NCBI GenBank assembly: GCA_021498095.1
Contig: JAIZWK010000001.1
Span: forward strand, 2,340,001-2,372,000
From: Candidatus Harpocratesius repetitus
Lineage (GTDB): Archaea; Asgardarchaeota; Lokiarchaeia; Sigyniarchaeales; Promethearchaeaceae
Length of the DNA stretch: 32,000 bases
Direction of reading: 5' to 3'
Shown piece by piece: positions 1 to 8,225 of the stretch; position 1 is the first letter of the stretch, and the number at the start of each line of letters is the position of its first letter. The position numbers were made by a program, and so were the translations under genes. A model generated the notes under the pieces. That model worked only from the letters and a program-made list of their open reading frames with translations. It was not told the origin of the DNA and made no database searches.

Positions 1-1
1 A

Positions 2-664
2 CGAGCGATTCAAAAAGGACAACCTGAACCAACATGGAAAGATGAATTTGAGTTTTTAGAATCATCAAAAAATCCTTTAATTGCCTCACCTTTGCGATTA
101 TACGATTGTAGTTTAATTACAGATGGGGCAGCTATGCTCTTTTTAGCATCAGAAGAAAGAGCATACGATTTTACTGATAATCCATTATGGATTAGTGGAA
201 TTGGGCAGGGAAGTGATTCTTTAAGTTTGCATGATCGAAAAGATGGAATAATAACATCTTTGCGCGCAACTAAAGCTGCTGCTCAACAAGCATATTCTAT
301 GAGTGGATTATCTTCTAAAGACGTTGATATTGTTGAAGTTCATGATTGTTTCACTATTGCTGAATTAATTGCTTTAGAAGATCTTGGATTTTATGCCCCA
401 GGTGAAGCAGCTAAAGCAATAGAACGTGGAGAAACTAAAAGAAATGGAAAATTGCCAGTTAATACAAGTGGTGGACTAAAAACCAAAGGTCATCCAGTTG
501 GAGCTACTGGTGCAGGACAGATTGTTGAAATTTTCAAACAAATGCGAGGTTATGCAGAAGGAGAGCGCCAAGTGAAAAAACCGTTAAAAGTAGGAATGAC
601 CCACAATCTTGGTGGTTCTGGAGCTACTGCTGTGGTGAGCCTTATCACCAAGGAGAAAATTTAG
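2..664 (+). CDS. Thiolase (acetyl-CoA acetyltransferase, archaeal SCP2-like type), 5'-truncated by the window edge
   Basis: Frame is open from position 2 (RAIQKGQPEP...SPLRLYDCSLITDGAA). Motifs EVHDCFTIAE, NTSGGLKTKGHPVGATG and HNLGG. Followed by DUF35. Confidence 0.93.
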   Translation, partial: RAIQKGQPEPTWKDEFEFLESSKNPLIASPLRLYDCSLITDGAAMLFLASEERAYDFTDNPLWISGIGQGSDSLSLHDRKDGIITSLRATKAAAQQAYSMSGLSSKDVDIVEVHDCFTIAELIALEDLGFYAPGEAAKAIERGETKRNGKLPVNTSGGLKTKGHPVGATGAGQIVEIFKQMRGYAEGERQVKKPLKVGMTHNLGGSGATAVVSLITKEKI

Positions 665-676
665 GGAGGTATCAAA

Positions 677-1117
677 ATGGCAACAACACCTATGATAACA
701 GTTCAACAATACTTTGAATATTTACGTGAAAAGAAAGTAATGGGTGCTAAATGTCCCAAATGTGGAAATATTGATTTACCACCTCGTCGTTTATGTTCTG
801 AATGTTTGGCTGAATCGGAATGGATGGAATTTTCCGGAAAAGGGATCATACAGACTTTTACTGCCATATATGTCGGTGCTAAAGTTATGACAAAGAAAGG
901 TTATGATAGAAAGCATCCCTATGTCTTTGCTGTTGTAAAAATGGAGGAAGGTCCATCAGTTTCAGGTCAATTGGTGGGGATTGATGAAAGGGATCCAAAT
1001 ACTTATTATATCGGGATGCCAGTCGAAGCTACCTTTTTAAAAACTGAAATCAGAACAGATAAGGAAGGTAACCCTGTTTTTCGATGGGACATTGGATTTC
1101 AACCAGTATCTACTTAA
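677..1117 (+). CDS. DUF35 Zn-ribbon/OB-fold protein (thiolase partner)
   Basis: CPKCG...PPRRLCSEC Zn ribbon plus OB fold (GIIQTFT, FAVVKMEEG, IGMPVEATF). SD GGAGGT at 665-670. Confidence 0.92.
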   Translation: MATTPMITVQQYFEYLREKKVMGAKCPKCGNIDLPPRRLCSECLAESEWMEFSGKGIIQTFTAIYVGAKVMTKKGYDRKHPYVFAVVKMEEGPSVSGQLVGIDERDPNTYYIGMPVEATFLKTEIRTDKEGNPVFRWDIGFQPVST

Positions 1118-1153
1118 AAATTGTAATATTTTTTTGCTGTTGATAAGTTTTTT

Positions 1154-1195
1154 TACTTTGTTTATTCTACTTTGATTTTTTTACTTTGATTTTTC
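1154..1195. repeat. Three imperfect 14-bp tandem units (TACTTTG core) within a T-rich tract
   Basis: tactttg at 1154, 1168 and 1182. The T-rich tract after DUF35 may also act as an archaeal terminator. Confidence 0.6.
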
Positions 1196-1280
1196 TTTTT
1201 TTTCTTTTTCTGCTTTTTGTTTTTTCGATATTTTCTTTTTTATGTTTGATTTTCTACTTTTTTTTGCAGTTTTTAAAGGT

Positions 1281-1646
1281 ATGAATGAATATAATTATAT
1301 GACTCAATCACAAATTGTATTGGAAAAATACCACAATTTAGAAATTGAACCTATTTTCTTTCAATCTGAATATTTATTCTGGAAAATTTCCCACACAAAG
1401 AAGGGGGATTTAAATGTGAGATTGATTACAGAAGATGGTGAGCCATTTGCTCAATTATCTGTAAATAATTTCAATCCAGGACTTGGGAAAAATCAATTCC
1501 TTTTACGCAGATCCATGGAGAATGATTCATTAATATTTTTCCTTAAGCAGAACAATTTTATCCGACCTGCAGAAACAAGCCATATAGTTAATGAAAGTAA
1601 ATTTGAAATTTGGGAAATTGCATTTTTATCTAATTATGATGAATAA
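1281..1646 (+). CDS. Hypothetical protein, DUF4313-like
   Basis: LNVRLITEDGEPFAQLSVN...FLKQNNFIRP resembles DUF4313 as recalled. Start is likely ATG 1281 or 1299; the 1242 start lies in poly-T. Confidence 0.5.
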   Translation: MNEYNYMTQSQIVLEKYHNLEIEPIFFQSEYLFWKISHTKKGDLNVRLITEDGEPFAQLSVNNFNPGLGKNQFLLRRSMENDSLIFFLKQNNFIRPAETSHIVNESKFEIWEIAFLSNYDE

Positions 1647-3496
1647 ATATTCTTAATTATATTCTTTAGAAACGTAACAATTGGATTTCCCTTCTTTCCT
1701 GTAAATATCACACGTTGAGTCGATCTTGTTATTCCTACGTATAATAATTGACGTTTCTCACGAGTATCATAGTTATCAACCTCAGGAATAATAACTATGT
1801 CAAATTCTAAACCTTTAGCACTATATGGGGTAATTAGAAGAACTTGCTCCCGAGAACCATTCCATCTTTTCGTAGGTGTCCAATATATATTCTTTTCATT
1901 AAATATTTCAATAATTGGATGATTATATTGATGTTTAGAAAGATTTTGTAGATTTAAAATAACAGTTGATTTTGAAAAATGATTGAATTTCTGAATTTGT
2001 GAGATTATATCTGAAATTAAAGCATATTCTTCTTTACGGGTATTACATGGATAAATTTCTACACTACCTTTAATAAATCCATAATCTTTTGTCTCTAAAC
2101 ATGCTTCATCTGTTTTAATTAAGTCAATGAAAGAAGATGGAAGCACTTTTTTAGCACAGATTCCAACTTCTTGGGGATTTCTATAAGATTTTGTAAGCTT
2201 TTTTACCCTTCCCCGCGCCTGAATTCCAATATCGCTCCAATAGAATTTCTTTCTTGCATATATTCCCTGTAATCCATCGCATGCAATGAAAAGAGAATTA
2301 GTATCTGGATTAAGTGTTAACATTATACTTTCTAACCATTCTTTTTCGAAATCTTGAGCTTCATCGATTAAAATAGCGTCATACTGGAATTTTGTTCTTG
2401 CTTTTTTTTGATTATTGATTTTTTCTTGACTATGAACTTTTTCTATTTTTAATTTTTGCCGTATTAATGTTTGCTTAAGTAATTTTGGAACAATCTCCCC
2501 AAAAAAAACAGATTTTTGATCTTGTGTTTTAATTTTTCTTATAATTTCCTGATATGCTGTGTTTTCAGGAGAATCTTCGCTTAATATTATAGTTTGAGCC
2601 CATTTGTGAAATGATTCTACAAATATTTGAGCTTGAAAATCTTGTGGGATAATCGTTTGATAAAGAACTTTCTGAAGAAGTCTATTATAGCAAATTACCA
2701 ATATACGCCAATCTTTGTGGCGTAATGCCAATATTCGGGCTCTTGCGATTAACACAACTGTCTTTCCACTCCCCGCTACCCCAAATAATAAGCGATGGCC
2801 TGAACCTAACTCTCGGGCAAATTTTTCCTGTTTTAAATCTAATAAATGGATTTTTTCTTTTGCTGATAAAAATTCAAAAAGCTTTTTCTGATGCAAAGAA
2901 GGTAGACGAGCTGTTGGAAATAAGTTAGCTCTTAATAATTTGATATGTTTTGAAGAAAAATTAGAATCACTACTAAATGAAGAAAAATTAACAAAAAATG
3001 TTGTAAATGTTTTACTATTGGCAATATCTTCTTTAAAGCCGATTTGAACTTGTTTTTGATGTGTTTTGCTGATAATTATACCAATTTCTGAAGATTTCGA
3101 AACATTTGTAAAAATCAGGATCCGATAAATTGGGATTTGAATATTATTTGGAAATTCACAACCATTAATTGCATTTTGGGCAACTTTCCAGTATTTATAA
3201 AGTTGATCGTAGGGATTTGGTATTATTTTTTGTTCATCGGTCTTATTTTTTAGAAGTTTCCATGGTTCTGCCTTTGGGATTGAGATTAAACTCGATTCTA
3301 AATAATCCTTAATTTCAATTATTATTACACCTATTGAATCTCCAATTAATACATAATCAGGTCTTAAACTTTTAAAATATGGCTCTGTATAAAGATAAAC
3401 AGAATTTTTAGTCGAAAACATCGTTTGAAGGAGTTTAAAAATCTTTTTCTCTCCAGTTGTCGCTGTTTTATCTGGAGTTCCTAAAATTTGAACCAT
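1634..3496 (-). CDS. NERD nuclease + UvrD-like SF1 helicase fusion
   Basis: N-terminal EPYF..LRPDYVL..IIIEIKDY (PD-(D/E)xK). Walker A GVAGSGKT, DEAQD, SAKGLEFD, LLYVGITRS. Start 3496 preferred over 3535. Confidence 0.88.
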   Translation of the reverse strand: MVQILGTPDKTATTGEKKIFKLLQTMFSTKNSVYLYTEPYFKSLRPDYVLIGDSIGVIIIEIKDYLESSLISIPKAEPWKLLKNKTDEQKIIPNPYDQLYKYWKVAQNAINGCEFPNNIQIPIYRILIFTNVSKSSEIGIIISKTHQKQVQIGFKEDIANSKTFTTFFVNFSSFSSDSNFSSKHIKLLRANLFPTARLPSLHQKKLFEFLSAKEKIHLLDLKQEKFARELGSGHRLLFGVAGSGKTVVLIARARILALRHKDWRILVICYNRLLQKVLYQTIIPQDFQAQIFVESFHKWAQTIILSEDSPENTAYQEIIRKIKTQDQKSVFFGEIVPKLLKQTLIRQKLKIEKVHSQEKINNQKKARTKFQYDAILIDEAQDFEKEWLESIMLTLNPDTNSLFIACDGLQGIYARKKFYWSDIGIQARGRVKKLTKSYRNPQEVGICAKKVLPSSFIDLIKTDEACLETKDYGFIKGSVEIYPCNTRKEEYALISDIISQIQKFNHFSKSTVILNLQNLSKHQYNHPIIEIFNEKNIYWTPTKRWNGSREQVLLITPYSAKGLEFDIVIIPEVDNYDTREKRQLLYVGITRSTQRVIFTGKKGNPIVTFLKNIIKNIYSS

Positions 3497-3771
3497 TAAT
3501 AAAATTACCTTGCGAAACCTAAAAAAGATAGACAATTTATCATTTTAAATCCACTTATAAAATTGTTTTTAGCTACTTATAATCTTGAAAATCATCGACA
3601 AAAACTTTATTTTCATTTCTCTTTCGTTGTGGCAATGTTTTGCACAACAAATATTTAACACGGAATTTAAGTTCCTTCATCATACGCAAACATTCATAAT
3701 TAATCTCACATTGATCTTCTCATAATTAGCAATTTCACATCTATTTAACCAATGTGGAGATTAACTATAGA

Positions 3772-4863
3772 ATGTCCCTCACACGATATATCATTACAAA
3801 AGCCGATTTTACTCAGCTACTTACTCATTTAATCGATAGAAAATACGTGTCTGAAATTCTTTCAGGCAAAGAAAAGAGAAATCGTTATGCAATTGTTCCC
3901 GAATTTGTTTCGGATCCAAAAGAATTAGAGAATTTTCCATTAAGTCAATTACTTACATATGGATATGCACGTACTGATTCTGCTTCAAATACCATCTTAC
4001 ACTCTAAAAAAGCTCTTGATACTACAGTGGCAGTCGTAGCTCGCGCTTGTGATATTCGCGCCATGGTGGAATTGGATAAGAAAAATCAGTTAAATTGGGA
4101 AAACTTGTTCTTAATTGGATTTCATGATTTGGGATATATTCCAAATGCAGTTTTGAAAAAATGGTTCAAAAAGGAAGAAATTGATGAGTCAACCATTGTG
4201 AACGAAAGATTGACAGAAAAGGAATTTGTTCTTACTTTTTCAGATGGATCGATGAAGAAAGAACCGCTATCAAAAACATTTAATATAGCGAGTAATTGTT
4301 CTCGATGCATTGAAAAAAGCCATCCTTTAGCAGACTTTTTATTAGGTAACTATGGTGTTCCTGAGAATGACGAAACTTATGTGTTAACACCTCAATCAGA
4401 TAGAGCGAAAAAAATTATTAAAGAACTGAATTGGGAAAATAAAGCTGCTGATGAAAAAACCAATGAAAAATACGAAAAAACTGCCCAAAATGTAATAGAA
4501 AATTGTTCAATTAAGCGTGAGAGTGATTTAGATGAATTCTTAAACAATGAAGATCGATTCTCCTTATTAACCAAATGTACAGGATGTGGAATATGTGTTA
4601 AATCATGTCCTGTTTGTTTTTGTGTTGTATGCAATTTAACAGCACAAGTTAAAGCAAAAACTATGGACCCAGTAATGTTTATTACCACACGTTTTACACA
4701 TGTCGGTGATACATGCGTAGAATGTGGTAGATGTACGACTAATTGCCCAATGCATATTCCTTTAGATTTAGTTTTTCAATCTCTGCGCCGAAAATTCAAA
4801 AAAGAACGGGGTTATGCTGCTGGTGCAGATCGTAATCAAAAAGTCCTTCATTTGGATGTATGA
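3772..4863 (+). CDS. FdhB/FrhB-family Fe-S protein with C-terminal 2x[4Fe-4S] domain
   Basis: VAVVARACDIRAMVELDKKNQLN, NCSRC, ADFLLGNYG, CTGCGICVKSCPVCFCVVC and CVECGRCTTNCPMHIPL match FdhB architecture. Alternative GTG start at 3754. Confidence 0.75.
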   Translation: MSLTRYIITKADFTQLLTHLIDRKYVSEILSGKEKRNRYAIVPEFVSDPKELENFPLSQLLTYGYARTDSASNTILHSKKALDTTVAVVARACDIRAMVELDKKNQLNWENLFLIGFHDLGYIPNAVLKKWFKKEEIDESTIVNERLTEKEFVLTFSDGSMKKEPLSKTFNIASNCSRCIEKSHPLADFLLGNYGVPENDETYVLTPQSDRAKKIIKELNWENKAADEKTNEKYEKTAQNVIENCSIKRESDLDEFLNNEDRFSLLTKCTGCGICVKSCPVCFCVVCNLTAQVKAKTMDPVMFITTRFTHVGDTCVECGRCTTNCPMHIPLDLVFQSLRRKFKKERGYAAGADRNQKVLHLDV

Positions 4864-5086
4864 TGAGAGAATCATCTTTTTATTACTTAATACTCTTTTT
4901 TTTATTAATTATCAATTAATTAATTGATTTTGTTTTTAATTCTGTATATTTATTTTAATTGAAGATTTGTCTTTCTAAACTTGCTGAGATACGTAAAAAA
5001 ATCGATATTTTGGTTTTAAAATTGATTATCTGTAATTTCTATGTAAAAATCGAAAACTTTTTTTGACTTTTTAAATACTCTTTCAT

Positions 5087-5464
5087 ATGGCTAAGAAGAA
5101 AACTTCCAGTCCGAAAGCTAAAAAAACGACTACAGCAAAAAAAACTACTAGAGGTAAAAAAGCTACTAAAAGTAAAAAACCAACAACAGCTAAATCACCT
5201 GCAAAATCCAAATCAAAAAAAGATAAAATTCCTGAAGATGAATTCGATGATGAAGAAGATGGACCTGAATTCATCGAAGAAGATTTAGATGAATTAGATG
5301 ATGAAATGCTCGCAGATGATAGCGATGTAAAACCTCGATCAGATGATGAAATTTTGAATATGTTACGAGATGTTGAATGCGCTGATTGTGAAGGTTCATC
5401 CAGTCGAGATCGTTGTAAAGTACGAGATCAATACGGATGTCCTCCAGATAAAGCCGATCTCTAA
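5087..5464 (+). CDS. Hypothetical small protein: Lys-rich N-terminus, acidic middle, Cys4 C-terminus
   Basis: Coherent composition blocks and C-x2-C-x8-C-x7-C. T-rich tract after the stop. The antisense ORF is a shadow. Confidence 0.8.
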   Translation: MAKKKTSSPKAKKTTTAKKTTRGKKATKSKKPTTAKSPAKSKSKKDKIPEDEFDDEEDGPEFIEEDLDELDDEMLADDSDVKPRSDDEILNMLRDVECADCEGSSSRDRCKVRDQYGCPPDKADL

Positions 5465-5598
5465 TTTTTTTCTTCTTCTTATTTTTAAATGAATTTAGTT
5501 GTTTTAAAAATACAAGAATTTAAGTTTTAAAGGAAAAGAAAGTATAAAAAATTGAAAAAAGGCAAATTTATTGATATTTGCAGACTTTTTGTTAATCT

Positions 5599-5793
5599 TT
5601 ATGCATCTTCAATTGTGATTGCCTCTTCTGGGCAGGCGGAAACGCAAGCTTGGCAACCAACACAGTCATCTTCACGGGCAACAACTGTTTTACCATTAAC
5701 AGGATCATCATAAACTTCAGAGGGGCAAACAGCTTTGCACTCACCGCATCCTGTGCATAAGTCAAAATCAATAATTACTTTATAATCTCCCAT
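5599..5793 (-). CDS. 2x[4Fe-4S] ferredoxin
   Basis: CTGCGECKAVCP and CVGCQACVSACP. SD-like GAGGT upstream. Confidence 0.95.
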   Translation of the reverse strand: MGDYKVIIDFDLCTGCGECKAVCPSEVYDDPVNGKTVVAREDDCVGCQACVSACPEEAITIEDA

Positions 5794-5959
5794 GTGTCAA
5801 ACCTCTTGTAAATATTCGCTTTCCTGAGGGGTGATAAAAGACTTGAGAACTGGACCCAAATGGAGGAAAGGTTGTGTAATTGAATGAGAGTTAGAACATA
5901 AATATTTCGCTTAGCGAAGTATTTTTATCTTGAACCCACTTTAATGGGTAATTTGTAAA

Positions 5960-6239
5960 TTATATTATTTGGAGCGAATTTGAGAATTCTATAGCGCGTA
6001 CTTGTAATTCACGGTCGAGATAAGCGATTAAAGCGTGTGTGGGAATCCCGTGGACTATAACATGTGGGAATGGAAAATAATCTTTTTTATCAATTAAATC
6101 CAGATCTAAAGAGATTTGCAAGGTTTGATTACAAATGGGGCATTTTACTAAAGAAAATACCTTAAAATCTTCTGTAGGGTGAATTTGATTGAGATCTCCA
6201 ATTTGTTTTTTTTTGGGTTTCTTGAAATTCTTGAGTCAT
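5960..6239 (-). pseudogene. Frameshifted gene for a ~92-aa putative metal-binding protein (CPIC...HGIPTH), absent from the ORF track
   Basis: ATG at 6239 reads MTQEFQETQKK. After the A9 run (T9 at 6206-6214 on +) the +1 frame reads QIGDLNQIHPTEDFKVFSLVKCPICNQTLQISLDLDLIDKKDYFPFPHVIVHGIPTHALIAYLDRELQVRAIEFSNSLQII, stop 5960-5962. The span is 280 nt = 93 codons + 1. Confidence 0.72.
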
Positions 6240-6298
6240 TAATATTCAAAATAAAATGTGATATAAGGTAAAAAATTCCGATATCTAAGATATCAAGG

Positions 6299-6559
6299 TT
6301 ATACATTATTTTTATATCGTTGTGTTGCTTCATCAAATAGATAAATTTTGTTCATAATTCCACGTTTGAGAGTTTTTTTAAGTTTAACAATATAGCGTTT
6401 TTCTCCATGTTTAGTTAAATCTGAAGGAACACAGATATTTTCTCCAAAATGTTTTAATAACATTTTCTCGATCGTGTCAAAATCCAACCAATTATCTAGT
6501 ATTTCATACAAAAATCCTTCAATTAGGTTGTTCGTCAGATTGCATTTTGTTTCGCTCAT
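6299..6559 (-). CDS. Hypothetical protein (86 aa)
   Basis: ATG-started ORF with protein-like composition, divergent from the nitroreductase. No recognised motif. Confidence 0.6.
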   Translation of the reverse strand: MSETKCNLTNNLIEGFLYEILDNWLDFDTIEKMLLKHFGENICVPSDLTKHGEKRYIVKLKKTLKRGIMNKIYLFDEATQRYKNNV

Positions 6560-6687
6560 CGTTGAATAAAGATTGATTTTAGAAATAATAAATGTACTTT
6601 TTTTTGATAAAATGGATTCGTTCGCAAAAATATCTATTTTTAGTATCCCTTTTATAAATCTAAATACTTATTTTATGTTGAAGTATT

Positions 6688-7774
6688 ATGAAATCAGAAA
6701 ATAAACCACCATTCTTGCAGAAAATTGGAGAAATATTCTTTCAACAAACAAAATATTCACGAAATTCAGAAATACATTCAAAATTTCATTCCAAAATTCA
6801 ATATCCTTATGATCCAAGTCGATATAAACGATATTCCAGTAAAAAGCAGATTTTTTTACCTAAACCAAAAGAAATTGGTTCAAAAACTCCAATCTCGCTA
6901 TATAATTGCGTCAAAGATCGTCGTAGTTATCGTAAATTTTCTTCAACTCCAATTTCGGCAGAAGTACTGGGGTATTTATTATGGTTATCGAATGGGTTAT
7001 CCAAAATTACTCCAAATTTTGAGTATAGAACAGCTACCAGCGCTGGAGCTCTTTATCCTATCGAAACATATCTTTTCATAAATGAGGATATTTTATCTTT
7101 TTTAATTTAAACGCTTTTTTGAATATCATTTATATATATCCAACTTAAATCTGAAATATCGCAATTCTTTTTTTGTCGAACTCGATTTTTTCAAAGAATT
7201 TGTTAAATATTTACCATCCTGTTTATAAATTCTTCAATCTGAAGTCGATTTTATTATAATTTTTGAATTACATATCTTAAATTTGGCACCTTGGTAAAAT
7301 CGACAAAAAATAAGGAAGGATATTTTAGATTTGAGCCGGGAGAATTAAGATGAAGGAATGAAAAACTTCGATTCTTTGAAATTTAAAATACCCTCAAATA
7401 AATCTTCAGATCTTGATTCAGGAATCTATCATTGGAATATTCGAGAACATGCCTTAGAACTTCTTCAGAGAGGTAATTTTGGTTTAAAATTAAGTTCTGC
7501 TGCATTAGATCAAACAATGGTCGCTAAATCTCCCGCAGTGGTTGTGTGGGCTGCAGTTTTCAGCCGATCGAAATGGAAATATCATGAGCGTGCTTATCGT
7601 TATATTTTTATGGATGTAGGCCATATTGCGGCTCAACTTACATTGGGGGCAGTCTCCTTGGGTTGGGGAACTTGTCAAATTGGAGCATTCTACGATAATG
7701 AAGTTAATAAATTACTAAATCTTGATGGAATTCAAGAAAGTGTAGTATACATGACCGTTTTAGGCAAAATCTAA
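6688..7774 (+). pseudogene. SagB/ThcOx-type nitroreductase interrupted by a MITE
   Basis: N-half has RRSYRKF and SAGALYPIETY. C-half has GIYHW, KYHERAYRYIFMDVGHIAAQ and CQIGAFYD. Removing 7084-7399 restores the frame ...YLFIN-KSSDLDSGIYHW. Confidence 0.88.
7084..7395 (+). mobile_element. 312-bp MITE, copy 1
   Basis: Ends GAGGATATTTTA / TAAAATACCCTC (imperfect TIR). AAAT duplicated at 7080-7083 and 7396-7399. Inverted near-identical copy at 19645-19956. Confidence 0.92.
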
Positions 7775-7816
7775 CTCTATTATATAATTTTGTCGCCTTA
7801 TCCCTTCATTACATAA

Positions 7817-8185
7817 TTAAATTAATTGAAGATTTAAACCTCGCTTAATCTCTGTGATAGAATGACGTTTTGCTTCCAACTGTTCCACTAAATATTTATA
7901 TGCCAGTGAGATATCTGTATCTGTGGAACAAGTAAATAAATCTATTGCTACATAACCGTACTCGGGCCATGTATGAATCGAAAAATGTGATTCTGCAATT
8001 AAAACCACTCCACTGACACCGTGTGGGGAAAATCGATGAAAAACGCGCCCAATTTCATGAGAGTTGCTTCTCTTAACAGTATCACTCATTAGTTTTTCAA
8101 GCCAAGGGCTATCTTGAATTTTTATTGAATTACATTCATATAACTCAATTAAATAGTGAAAACCTAGTGCTTGTGGATCGGTCAT
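7817..8185 (-). CDS. speD: S-adenosylmethionine decarboxylase proenzyme (pyruvoyl-dependent)
   Basis: FSPHGVSGVVLIAESHFSIHTWPEYGYVAIDLFTC with the E/S self-cleavage site. The arginine-decarboxylase paralogue cannot be excluded. Confidence 0.9.
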   Translation of the reverse strand: MTDPQALGFHYLIELYECNSIKIQDSPWLEKLMSDTVKRSNSHEIGRVFHRFSPHGVSGVVLIAESHFSIHTWPEYGYVAIDLFTCSTDTDISLAYKYLVEQLEAKRHSITEIKRGLNLQLI

Positions 8186-8225
8186 GTTAAGTTGTATTAT
8201 GTGCGGATAAATTTACATTTTTTGA

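Noticed and set aside
3626-3648. Inverted repeat GTTGTGGCA...TGCACAAC upstream of the FdhB-like gene
   Set aside because: It is a single imperfect palindrome with no second instance seen to support an operator call.
4861-4866. Selenocysteine read-through at the TGA ending the FdhB-like gene
   Set aside because: There are two consecutive TGAs at the natural C-terminus, the downstream sequence is AT-rich, and no SECIS-like element was seen.
5821-5871. TPP-riboswitch-like GGGGTG...TGAGA...ACCC...AGGAAAG; also RNase P-like GAGGAAAG
   Set aside because: The P4/P5 half of the TPP aptamer is missing, the match is antisense to the adjacent gene, and no other RNase P conserved regions are present.
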